Shown here: piece by piece, positions 1 through 8,873 of the stretch
Position numbering within the stretch: position 1 is the stretch's first letter
Layout of the letters: each line of letters starts with the position of its first letter
From: Gemmatimonadaceae bacterium
Lineage (GTDB): Bacteria; Gemmatimonadota; Gemmatimonadetes; Gemmatimonadales; Gemmatimonadaceae
Direction: 5' to 3'
Length of the DNA stretch: 44,305 bases
Assembly: GCA_044224875.1 (NCBI GenBank)
Contig: JBGAJQ010000044.1
Location: forward strand, 1-44,305
Notes under the pieces: model-generated
The model's database searches: none
What the model saw: only the letters and a program-made list of their open reading frames with translations
Told to the model about the DNA's origin: nothing
Position numbers and translations under genes: made by a program

Positions 1-288
1 GAGTTCTCGCACCAAGCGCCATGCCCCAACCGATTGGCCGACGAGCGCTCGAGCAGGGTCCAGCGGGGCATCCGCTGGCGCGAGACCAAGCACCGCGGCG
101 GCCGGCTGCTCGAGGAACTCACCACTCTGCGCGAGGGCAGCGACCAGTGCGCGTACTTCGGCGAGCAACGCGTTGTCGTCGTGACAGGCGCTGGCCAGCA
201 CCTCGTCGCGACGCACTGGATCGGTGTCGAGCGCGAGGTCGAGCAGCTCTTCCAACCGCGCGGCGCGCGCGGCGGCGTCGCCAGACAT
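1..288 (-). CDS. Serine/threonine protein kinase, N-terminal part (runs off the window edge)
   Basis: Hand translation from ATG 288: MSGDAAARAARLEELLDLALD...LASACHDDNALLAEVRALVAA...GQSVGAWRLVREL. This is the typical pre-kinase helix plus the start of subdomain I of ECF-associated kinases. The ATG overlaps the sigma factor TGA (TGATG). Confidence 0.8.
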   Translation of the reverse strand, partial: MSGDAAARAARLEELLDLALDTDPVRRDEVLASACHDDNALLAEVRALVAALAQSGEFLEQPAAAVLGLAPADAPLDPARALVGQSVGAWRLVREL

Positions 289-881
289 CACTCCTCCCGG
301 GTGGGAGCGTCCCCGTGCAACATGCGATAGAGAAATGCGCGGGCCTTCTGCCATTCGCGTTTCACCGTGCGCGGCGAAAGACCCATCGCCTCGGCCGATT
401 CCTCAACCGACAGACCGGCGAAGTACCGCAACTCGACCACGCGCGCGAGTCGTGGATGGTCGGTGCCTAACGAACTAAGCGCTTCGTCGAGAGCCACGAT
501 CTCGTCCGCAACCTCGGGAGCGGCGAGTTCCATGCGGTCGAGTGAGACCGCCGCCTGGCCTCCGCCTCGCTTTCCGGCGCGGCGCTGGCGAGCGTGATCG
601 ACGATGATCTGACGCATCGCCGTCGCGGCCACGGCGTAGAAGTGCTGGCGGTCCGCGTAGTCCGATCGACGCGCATCGACCAGGCGAAAGTAGGCCTCGT
701 GCACCAGTGCGGTGGTGTTCAGCGTGTCGCCGGGTCGCCATCGACCCAGTTCCCGATGCGCCGACCGCTGCAACTCCGCATAGATCGCAGGGAATATTGC
801 GTTGAGCGCTTGCGCGTCTCCACCGCTCGCTCGGTTGAGGAGCGCGGTGATGTCTACTTCAGGGGAAGGGTTGCCGGTCAC
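288..881 (-). CDS. ECF sigma factor, TIGR02999 / kinase-associated type
   Basis: Motifs ITALL..ASGGDAQAL, IYAELQRSA, TLNTTALVHEAYFRL, HFYAVAATAMRQIIVDHAR..RAGKRGG, VELRYFAGLSVEE, TVKREWQKARAFL. GTG 881 chosen as start; the ORF is open to 986. Confidence 0.9.
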   Translation of the reverse strand: MTGNPSPEVDITALLNRASGGDAQALNAIFPAIYAELQRSAHRELGRWRPGDTLNTTALVHEAYFRLVDARRSDYADRQHFYAVAATAMRQIIVDHARQRRAGKRGGGQAAVSLDRMELAAPEVADEIVALDEALSSLGTDHPRLARVVELRYFAGLSVEESAEAMGLSPRTVKREWQKARAFLYRMLHGDAPTREE

Positions 882-1395
882 GTCCACCAGTCGAAGCAGG
901 CCGCGCGAACGTACGGCGTGCCGTGAGACGAGGCAACCCTCGGGGTGGCTGCTCACGCGAACGCGAAGTGCGAGGACGGTGGTCATTCAGACCCTCGCGT
1001 TCGTACGACTGACACGAGCAACTGCCTGATGCGCGAGCTCATCTGACAGCAGCAACTCGAAAAGACCGATGCAAAGGATGAGTATTCTCCCCGCCAGCTG
1101 AACGGCAGTGAACCGACCGGTGTGGGCAAGCACTAGCTGTCGGCGCGTCCACCTCCCCCGCGTCACAAGCCGGACCTCGATCACGCCAGCGAGCGCGACG
1201 CCGAGTGCCTCGAAGGAACGAGAGAGAGCAAGTGCCATGTCAGCAGCGGGGGAATGGTGCATCATGACGGGGTGAGCCAGTACGCCCCGTCGACCTCACT
1301 GTCAGAAACGGAGTCCTAATCCAACAGGGGCCAAGGGACGGTGATGCGACGCCGTGGAGCGGCGGCGCACTACGTCTTGTTCTCGAGTTTGGCCG

Positions 1396-2664
1396 CTACG
1401 CCGAGAGTCCCGCGAGCTGAGGCGCACGAGCGACGTGCACGGACTTACCTGCCACCTCATTGAGGCAGGCGGCGATTGACTCCCACGTTCGCCCCATGTC
1501 CTGATCAAGCCCGACGGAGAATCGAATGAGGCCGTCACCCATTCCCATGCGGTGCCGCTCCGCTTCGGGGATCTCGGAGGACGTGCTGTGGCCCGGTGGA
1601 CTGAACAGGGTCTTGAAGTAGCCGAGGCTGACAGCGAGGTAGCCGACTCTCATCTCCTGCATCCGACGCATCAGCAAGGCCGCGGCTTCGCTGTTCCCCA
1701 TGTCCAGCGCCAGGATTCCGCCGTAACCAAACCCCTCGTTGCGCAGCCGGTCGAGCAGCGCATGCTGCGGATGCGATGGCAGTCCGGGATAGTGTACCAC
1801 AAGCCCGCGTTCCCGGAACCGCTCGGCCAGGTACAACGCGTTGCGGCTGTGTCGTTCCATTCGCGCCGGCAGGGAGTGCAGGTTCTTGAGGATGCCGGCA
1901 GCGCGGATGCTGTCGAGTACGGGCCCCAGCAACATCGTGGGTCCCTGGTTGATGTCGTTCAAGCGGCCGACGATCTCGTGCGAACCGATCGCCGCGCCGG
2001 CTACGCAGTCGCTGGTGCCATTGATGAACTTGGTGAGGCTGTGGACCACGATGTCCGCCCCGTGTCGCAGTGGCGACAGGATGAGCGGGGCAAAAGTGTT
2101 GTCGACCACAAGCCGCGCCCCGGCATGGTGCGCGATGTCGGCCAGCGCAGGCAGGTCCGCCACCTCCAACAACGGGTTGCTGATCGATTCGCCATAAACC
2201 ACACGCGTTCGCGGTGTGCACGCGTCGCGCACCGCCTTCAAGTCACGCAAGTCGACGAAGCGCGTGGTGACGCCAAAGCGCGGCAGCAGGTTCTTGAGGA
2301 GCGCATAGGTGCCACCGTAGATGGTCCGCCCCGAGACGATTTCGTCGCCCGCCGAGCAAAGGGCGAGCAGCGTGGAGCTGATGGCTGCCATGCCCGACGC
2401 GGTGACCTGAGCGCACTCGCCATCTTCCATGCGCGCCAGCGCATCCGATAGGCAGCGGTTGGTCGGATTCCAGTGGCGCGAATAGAGGAAGCAGCCTTCG
2501 ACCTCGTGTTCGAAGAGCTCCTCCATTTTCTCGACGCTCATGAAGGTGTAGGTGCTGGAGTCGCACACCGACGGGTTCACATCGCCGAATTCACCGAACG
2601 CGAGAAAGTCCTGGATCGCGCGAGCAGGGTCGAAAGGCTTGGCCTTGGCGTTCTCAGTGGACAT
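1396..2664 (-). CDS. PLP-dependent Cys/Met metabolism enzyme, methionine gamma-lyase-like
   Basis: YSRHWNPT, TASGMAAI, IYGGTY, VVDNTFAP, HSLTKFING (PLP lysine), YPGLPSHPQH, AVSLGYFKTL, GLIRFSVG. GAGGTGAGG lies before ATG 2664. Confidence 0.85.
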   Translation of the reverse strand: MSTENAKAKPFDPARAIQDFLAFGEFGDVNPSVCDSSTYTFMSVEKMEELFEHEVEGCFLYSRHWNPTNRCLSDALARMEDGECAQVTASGMAAISSTLLALCSAGDEIVSGRTIYGGTYALLKNLLPRFGVTTRFVDLRDLKAVRDACTPRTRVVYGESISNPLLEVADLPALADIAHHAGARLVVDNTFAPLILSPLRHGADIVVHSLTKFINGTSDCVAGAAIGSHEIVGRLNDINQGPTMLLGPVLDSIRAAGILKNLHSLPARMERHSRNALYLAERFRERGLVVHYPGLPSHPQHALLDRLRNEGFGYGGILALDMGNSEAAALLMRRMQEMRVGYLAVSLGYFKTLFSPPGHSTSSEIPEAERHRMGMGDGLIRFSVGLDQDMGRTWESIAACLNEVAGKSVHVARAPQLAGLSA

Positions 2665-2838
2665 GCCTCACCTCGGATCCAGAAGGAGGATAGAAGTTCA
2701 GACACGAACGACGGCGCTGCGACGATGCCGGCGTTGGCACGTCGTGCCCGACAGGTTCCACTGAGCAATTCTGGGGGCGTCTCGTGCGGCGTATGTAGGG
2801 GATTACCTCTCCCATCGCGCTGGTAAACACGATGACCG

Positions 2839-5073
2839 CTACGGCTTGGCGCGTCTCCCGATGAGGGGCCGCTCAGCGGCGAGAGGAACGACATAGTTGT
2901 TCCCGCTGCGTCGGACGCCAGCAAGGTTCCAGATTGCTTGCGCCCCGTCGAAAGGATCGCGGAGTGTGAGCGTGGCCGGTCGCGCGGTTCGAACCGTCAC
3001 CTGCACGGTGTGGCCGTCCACGCGTTGGGCACTCACTCGAAAGCCCCCTTCAGCCCGAAGGTCGCGAAACGAGGCGTTCGGCCATCGCGCACTCGTCGCC
3101 GGGAATACGCGCACCACGCCGCCGGCACTCTGCAGCAACATCTCTTGCACGGCCTCCAAGGCCATGAAGTTCCCTTCCAACGTGAAGGGCCGGTACGTGT
3201 AGCGAGACAAACCGCTGCGAGTCTGGTCGCCATTGGCGTGAAATCCATTCCGCAGGATGAACCCCTGACGATACGTCTCCACACTGCGAAGGGCTTGGTC
3301 CGCTCGCCCGGCCCGGGCGAGCATGGCGCTGAACCAGGCGTAACTGTAACCCGTCCACCATGCCGGCCCAGCGGCGGCGATCCCGTCGACCGTGCGGGCG
3401 ACTGCCACCGAATCTGTGGGTAGATCGGCCGACAGGATGCCTAACGGGTGGAGCGACATGGCGTGCGAGAAGTGCCGGTGCGATTCGGTGAACGGCAGGT
3501 CCCTGGCGATGCTCAGTGCGCCAGTCCCGGCATCGTAGTGGAGTGGTGGAAGAGCACGCAGGGTCTCTCGCCACACGCCCGCCGCTGACTGGTCACCAGC
3601 TGCCACCGACATGTCGACCAACGACCCAAAGAGCCACCGGAGTAGGGCCGTGTCGAAGTTCGACATCGACGGCAGCCATGCCTGCATGGTGTTGTCGAAG
3701 ACTTCGGGGGACGTGGAGACCGGCAGGCGCAACGTACCGCTGGAATCGCGCTGCAGCAGTTGGCGCAGGGCGTCACCGATCGCCGACGCAAAGGGGAGGG
3801 CGCGAGTTCGCAGGAAGTGCGGGTCGTTCGTATAGCGCCACTGCAGGTAGAACGACTGCGCCACCCATGCCCCCATGGTTGGCGAGAGGGAATACTGCGC
3901 CCAGCCGCCTAACGGCTGCCCGTCCAGCGCCATGACACCCGGCACGGCAGCCCCGCTCACTCCATAGAAGTCGCGCGCAAAGCGCCGGTACGCGGGGAGC
4001 AGGTCCCAGTTGAACTCCAACCAACCGGCCAGCGCGTCATCCAGTCCGGCGACGTGGGCCGCCAGGTACGTCATCTGTGTGTTGAGGTCGTTGTGGAAGT
4101 CCCCCTTCCACGGCGGGAGTGTGCCGCCGTCGGCGGTCCAGACGCCCTGCAGTGGCATCGGCGGGGCTCCGCGCCGGGCACCCGCACCGTACAGGTACTT
4201 CACCAGGTCAATGTGCGCCTGAAGGGCGGTGTCCGGTATCGCAATGGAAGACGATTGCCAGAACCCGGCCCACCAGCGACGATGCCCGGCGAAGGATCGG
4301 TCGTAGCCTCGAGCGAGCGCCTGTCGCACACGACGCTGCGCGGCCGCGGTGGGATCGGCACCATCCCGATTGGAGGCGATGGATATGGCGACGAGAGATT
4401 CACCGCCGATCGTCCGCGTGCCTAACGCGACTGCATACTTTAGCCCGAGTGCGGCTTCCTGTTCCATCCATTGTACCGCCCCGTGGCGCCCCAAGCGCGC
4501 GGGGGCATAGTGCAACCTGTCCAAGGCGCTCGGGCGCTCGATGGTGAGGGACGTGGACGAAGGCACTCGGAGCAGCGCCACGTGCGTCGTGGCATCGAAG
4601 AAGGCGCGAACCCGCGTTCCTCCGATATCGACGCTCGCCTCTGCTGTCGTTAGATCCAGCGCAAAGGACTGGATACGCCGAGTCGAGTCGAGCTCCATGA
4701 CGATTCGGCCGGCGGGGATCTTTGTGGGATGATCGATCTCGTCGTATGGCTGGTCGAACCGGAGGTGCAGGGAATCCTCCTTGTTCTCCCGCACCAGTCG
4801 CACCAGGTCCCGCCAACGGTATCCGTCGGTCCCAAAGGGGGCCGCGGGTCGCAGGTCCCAGAGGTCGCCCCGGTCCAGTGACAGGATCAGACGGCGATCA
4901 CCGCCCCAGAGCAATCCCCCAAGCAAACCGTTGCCTAACGGGATGGCCTCATCCCAGGTGTCGATGGGGGCGGCCAAACGCAAGTTGGACGAACGCGCGG
5001 GCGCTTGGGCATGTGCCGCAACAGTCGCGATGAGCGCGCTGGCGAGGAGGAGTCGCGAAGTCGGAGAATTCAG
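2839..5073 (-). CDS. Secreted glycoside hydrolase, GH95 (alpha-L-fucosidase-like) family
   Basis: WDEAIPLGNG, LQGVW, PPWKGDFHNDLNTQMTY, STSPE, ESHRHFSH, FTLEGN..EAVQEMLLQS, W.NASFRDLRAEGGFRVSA. First canonical start is TTG 4983; the frame extends to a signal peptide starting at CTG 5073 (see findings). Confidence 0.8.
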   Translation of the reverse strand: MNSPTSRLLLASALIATVAAHAQAPARSSNLRLAAPIDTWDEAIPLGNGLLGGLLWGGDRRLILSLDRGDLWDLRPAAPFGTDGYRWRDLVRLVRENKEDSLHLRFDQPYDEIDHPTKIPAGRIVMELDSTRRIQSFALDLTTAEASVDIGGTRVRAFFDATTHVALLRVPSSTSLTIERPSALDRLHYAPARLGRHGAVQWMEQEAALGLKYAVALGTRTIGGESLVAISIASNRDGADPTAAAQRRVRQALARGYDRSFAGHRRWWAGFWQSSSIAIPDTALQAHIDLVKYLYGAGARRGAPPMPLQGVWTADGGTLPPWKGDFHNDLNTQMTYLAAHVAGLDDALAGWLEFNWDLLPAYRRFARDFYGVSGAAVPGVMALDGQPLGGWAQYSLSPTMGAWVAQSFYLQWRYTNDPHFLRTRALPFASAIGDALRQLLQRDSSGTLRLPVSTSPEVFDNTMQAWLPSMSNFDTALLRWLFGSLVDMSVAAGDQSAAGVWRETLRALPPLHYDAGTGALSIARDLPFTESHRHFSHAMSLHPLGILSADLPTDSVAVARTVDGIAAAGPAWWTGYSYAWFSAMLARAGRADQALRSVETYRQGFILRNGFHANGDQTRSGLSRYTYRPFTLEGNFMALEAVQEMLLQSAGGVVRVFPATSARWPNASFRDLRAEGGFRVSAQRVDGHTVQVTVRTARPATLTLRDPFDGAQAIWNLAGVRRSGNNYVVPLAAERPLIGRRAKP

Positions 5074-5322
5074 GGCGGGCGAACGGTACGGGGGCGGACG
5101 CGATGTTGGTGGCGCCGTTCTTCGATCCCGTGGTTTGAAAAGGACCTGCCGACAGAACAGCCACGGTAAGGGGGACGGCCAAAAGTATCACGCATCATCG
5201 CCGCCGACCATCGACGAGGAAGTGTGCGGGACGCATAGGAACGCGTGTCTGACCTTCGGGGAGTGCCGGCCGAACGAAGTGCCGCCTTGCCCGAATGCGG
5301 CACGAAGGCCAAACTGCCGCCC

Positions 5323-6648
5323 ATGTCGCACCCGATCGTCCCACGGCATGCGGTCGCCGCACTATTCCTCAAACGACAGCAGCTCGATCGTCCACTCGGC
5401 CGTCGCCTTACCGCCGCCAGCCTGATGGACTTTGCGCAAGCAGTTGGCGGGATCCAGCTGGACTCCATCAACATCATCGATCGAGCGCACTACCTCACGC
5501 TCTGGAGCCGCTTCGGCGCCTACGACCGCGCCCGACTGGATCGGTTGGTGTACGAGGAGCGCGTGCTGTTCGAGTACTGGTCGCACGTAGCCTGTCTGGT
5601 CGCCACTGCGGACCTTAAGGCCTGGCGTCGGGCGATGACGGACTACTCGACTCGCAACAAGGCGTGGGGGGCGTGGCTGCGCACGCACCGGCCCATGTTG
5701 CGGCTGGTGGAAGAACAGATTCGGCAGCGCGGTCCGCTGGGGAACGCCGACTTCGTCCAGAAACGGAAGGGAAAGGGTGGCTGGTGGAACTGGAAGCCGG
5801 CGACGCACGCCCTCGACTACCTGTGGATGTCCGGCGTCATCGGGACGCATTCGCGCCGGCATTTTCATAAGCGATTTGACCTGACGGAACGGCTCGTTCC
5901 CGACGCCCTGCGCGATGAGCCACTCTCCAAAGCCGACTTCCTGCACTGGCACCTGCATCGCTCGCTGAGCGCGATGGGAGCGGCAACCGAAACCGACCTG
6001 CGGATGTACATGACGTTCCCACGCGAGCCGGCGAGCGCTCGCAAGGCACGACTCGTCGCGGCGGTGAAGCGCGGTGAGGTGTGCGAGGTTCGCGTCGATG
6101 GGCTGCGGAACGCGTGGTATGTACTGGCCCAGGACATGGATGCACTGGCTGCGGCATCCAGCACACCGGCCCCGTCGCAGGGAACGACCTTCCTGTCGCC
6201 CTTCGATTCACTGCTGTGGCATCGAGAACGAGTGGAAGCCCTGTTCAGCTTCAACTACCGCATCGAGGTCTATGTGCCTGGCCCCAAGCGGCACTTCGGC
6301 TACTACGTGCTCCCGCTGCTCCACGACGGCCGGTTCATTGGACGAGCAGACTTCAAGACGCATCGCAAGGAGCGAACGCTGGAAGTTCGCGCGTTGCACT
6401 TCGAGCCATGGTTTGCGCGCGGTCACGCACCGCCGCACGAGGTTTGGGGACCCGTGGACCGGGACGCCGCGCTGGCTGGCACCGCGCAGGCCCTTCGCTC
6501 GCTGGCGGCCTTTGTTGGCGCCGAGGAGGTGAACGTGACAAAGGTATCACCGACGAAGTTGGTAACAGGAGTGCGTCAGGCGCTACGGAAGTCACCACCA
6601 ATCGCACCACAACGCGCTGCCGAAGATGACGAGGAGAGTGACGAATGA
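5323..6648 (+). CDS. ycaQ: YcaQ/AlkZ-family (HTH_42) crosslink-repair DNA glycosylase
   Basis: GIQLDSINIIDRAHYLTLWSRFG (QxD motif), LFEYWSH, GGWWNWKP, FLSPFDSLLWHRER, LFSFNYRIEVYVP..KRHFGYYVLPLL..GRAD.K. ATG 5323 chosen as start. Confidence 0.88.
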   Translation: MSHPIVPRHAVAALFLKRQQLDRPLGRRLTAASLMDFAQAVGGIQLDSINIIDRAHYLTLWSRFGAYDRARLDRLVYEERVLFEYWSHVACLVATADLKAWRRAMTDYSTRNKAWGAWLRTHRPMLRLVEEQIRQRGPLGNADFVQKRKGKGGWWNWKPATHALDYLWMSGVIGTHSRRHFHKRFDLTERLVPDALRDEPLSKADFLHWHLHRSLSAMGAATETDLRMYMTFPREPASARKARLVAAVKRGEVCEVRVDGLRNAWYVLAQDMDALAAASSTPAPSQGTTFLSPFDSLLWHRERVEALFSFNYRIEVYVPGPKRHFGYYVLPLLHDGRFIGRADFKTHRKERTLEVRALHFEPWFARGHAPPHEVWGPVDRDAALAGTAQALRSLAAFVGAEEVNVTKVSPTKLVTGVRQALRKSPPIAPQRAAEDDEESDE

Positions 6649-7319
6649 ACGTGATCCTGTTCGGCGCCACCGGCATGGTCGGTGCCGCCGCCCTCCGCGA
6701 ATGTCTGCAAGACCCCCGTGTTGCATCTGTGATCGCGGTGGTCCGTTCACCCACAGGCGTCACCCACGCCAAGCTTCGCGAGGTGAATCACGACGACTAC
6801 TTCCAGTACGACTCGCTCATCGGGGAGTTCAAGCGCTCGGACGCCTGCTTCTTTTGCCTGGGCGTATCGTCGGCAGGGAAGGGCGAAGCCGACTACACGC
6901 GCCTGACCTTTGACCTGACACTGGCGGCGGCGAAGGCCATGGTGGCGGCGAATCCGTCCATGACCTTCTGCTACGTATCCGGCGAGGGAACGGATAGTAC
7001 CGAGCGTGGGCGCGTCATGTGGGCGCGGGTGAAGGGTCGCACAGAGAACGCGATCCTCGCCCTGCCGTTCAAGGCCGCGTACATGTTCCGGCCGGGCTAT
7101 ATCCATCCCATGCACGGCATGCGGTCAAAGACGTGGTGGGTACAGGCAGCGTACGCGGTCATGGTGCCCCTGTATCCGTTACTCCGTCGTGTGGCACCGC
7201 GCTACCTGACCACCACCGAAACGCTCGGCCGCGCCTTTATCCAGGTCGCGGACCGCGGATATGACAAGCCGGTGTTGGACACGCAGGACATCAACAAGGT
7301 TGGAGCTGTCGGGCCATAG
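6645..7319 (+). CDS. NAD(P)-binding Rossmann-fold protein (epimerase / TIP30-like atypical SDR)
   Basis: ILFGATGMVG, DACFFCLG, FCYVSG.G, WARVKGRTEN, FRPG. ATGA overlap with the ycaQ stop. Confidence 0.85.
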   Translation: MNVILFGATGMVGAAALRECLQDPRVASVIAVVRSPTGVTHAKLREVNHDDYFQYDSLIGEFKRSDACFFCLGVSSAGKGEADYTRLTFDLTLAAAKAMVAANPSMTFCYVSGEGTDSTERGRVMWARVKGRTENAILALPFKAAYMFRPGYIHPMHGMRSKTWWVQAAYAVMVPLYPLLRRVAPRYLTTTETLGRAFIQVADRGYDKPVLDTQDINKVGAVGP

Positions 7320-7488
7320 CGGCCGTGAGTAGACGCACAGGAAGCGATGCGGGTGATGGAACGGAAAACAAGCTCGCGGCGATCAAGTCAATGCAACGGG
7401 GAGCGGCGGCGAACCCCTTTTGCCACTGACGATCAAGTGCGGTTCCGGCGTGGTGTCGTACTCGGACTCGTGAGGCCCCCATCAACGA

Positions 7489-7515
7489 CATGGGGCGCCG
7501 ACCTGGCGCCCCATG
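7489..7515. terminator. Perfect 11-bp hairpin between convergent genes, possible terminator
   Basis: CATGGGGCGCC-GACCT-GGCGCCCCATG, about 25 nt past the stop of 7540..8520. No clear U-tract. Confidence 0.5.
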
Positions 7516-7539
7516 GTTCCTTCCGCTCGACGGATTGGG

Positions 7540-8520
7540 TTACGGCTTCTTTCGCTTGAGGAAGCCCGACAAGGCTTTCTTGGCGGCCGATTCCTTCTTG
7601 GTGGTATCGGCGGAAGCACTGTCCTCGCCTTCCTTCTTCTTGGCCTCGTCCATCTTTGCCTGCAGGTCGGCCATCTGCTTGCGCATGTCGACCACCTCGT
7701 AGCCTGAGGGCACCTCAAACACCGAGGCGTCCATGCTGGCGCGGGCGAGTTCCTGGACCTCGATGGTGGTCGTCGATGAGGTCACCTCTCCCTTCTCGCT
7801 GGTTTCGGTATTGGAGGTGGTCACTTTCATCGGGAAGCCTTTCGGTGTGTTCTTTTCGGCTTCCATCAGCTTCTGCATGCCTTCGCCGCCAAAGCCCTGC
7901 ATGTTGACCGCGAATCGCTTGGCGAACGCGGCAAAGGCCTTGTCGTTGATCAACTCGTCGGTGAGGAAGGCGTCGGAAACGCCCACGTGATGCGACTTCC
8001 GATGGATCATCATCACCTGCATGGACATGTCATACGAGCGCGTGATTCGGTAGTGGTGCGTTGAGCGCCCGAGCATGCGTTCACCGGCCCCCAGGTCTTC
8101 GACCTTCACCTCGGGGTTGTTGATTTCCATCTTCATCATCCCCGACTTGCCAACGGCGCCTAACGCCGAGGTCATGCCGGCGGGATCCATGATCATCGCC
8201 TTCTTCTCCGAGGGGTCCACCATGGTCAAGGTACCCGCCTCGGCGTCCAGCAGCATGTAGCTACCCTTGGGCATGGCGGCCTTCTGGCCGGGCTCCAGGA
8301 GGTAGTCCATCCGGATCTTGCCGCCGGCGATCTGGACGGCCATGGAGGGTTGGGCGGCAAGCTCTCCACGATCCTCTTTCTTGCCGTTGTCGCGGACGCT
8401 GGTGACCTTCCAGACAAACTTCCAGCCGTCGAGCGTTGGAGCTGGTGCATTCACACGCGCGGCACCCGCAACAACCAGCAGCGCGGCGGCGGTGAGTGGG
8501 TACTTGAGCATTCGCATCAT
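7540..8520 (-). CDS. Secreted DUF4412-like protein
   Basis: Signal peptide (MLKYPLTAAALLVVAGAA), KIRMD, V+PSEKKAMIMD, GAGERMLGRSTHHYRI, DASVFEVPSGYEVVD. SD AAGGAG; the true start may be ATG 8517 or 8511. Confidence 0.7.
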   Translation of the reverse strand: MMRMLKYPLTAAALLVVAGAARVNAPAPTLDGWKFVWKVTSVRDNGKKEDRGELAAQPSMAVQIAGGKIRMDYLLEPGQKAAMPKGSYMLLDAEAGTLTMVDPSEKKAMIMDPAGMTSALGAVGKSGMMKMEINNPEVKVEDLGAGERMLGRSTHHYRITRSYDMSMQVMMIHRKSHHVGVSDAFLTDELINDKAFAAFAKRFAVNMQGFGGEGMQKLMEAEKNTPKGFPMKVTTSNTETSEKGEVTSSTTTIEVQELARASMDASVFEVPSGYEVVDMRKQMADLQAKMDEAKKKEGEDSASADTTKKESAAKKALSGFLKRKKP

Positions 8521-8873
8521 CTCTCCTTGACGAAGGCGGGCGAATACCTGCCCGCGGAAGACCTGACAACGTTAAACAACGACGCGCCAGCGATGTTGTA
8601 TTTCGCTGCGTGGCGCTTTGGTGGCGGGCTCTTCCAACAGCTGAAGTTTGGTGCGGTGCGCCAGCGTCGCGCATCGCCCAAATGGCCACCGCGGCCCGGA
8701 AATTCCCTGACGTCGGCGCTCCCCTACGCTTAGGGACGCTGGACGAAAAGGAGCGTCACGGTGGGCGTATTTCGGGCGAGCTCCCCGGCGCAGAGGGGGC
8801 GCCCTCTGTGCTCACTCGCCTACCCATGGACACGGACTTGGGTCGAGGAATTCGGGAAGAGAGAGCTGACGGG

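Noticed and set aside
2665..2838. Possible SAM or glycine riboswitch upstream of the methionine gamma-lyase-like gene
   Set aside because: Only fragments resemble such elements (GTGCCAAC, GGAGAG). The conserved cores could not be assembled; an Rfam scan would settle it.
7380..7439. 9-bp direct repeat CGATCAAGT, 50 nt apart
   Set aside because: Only two short copies between convergent gene ends; compatible with chance.
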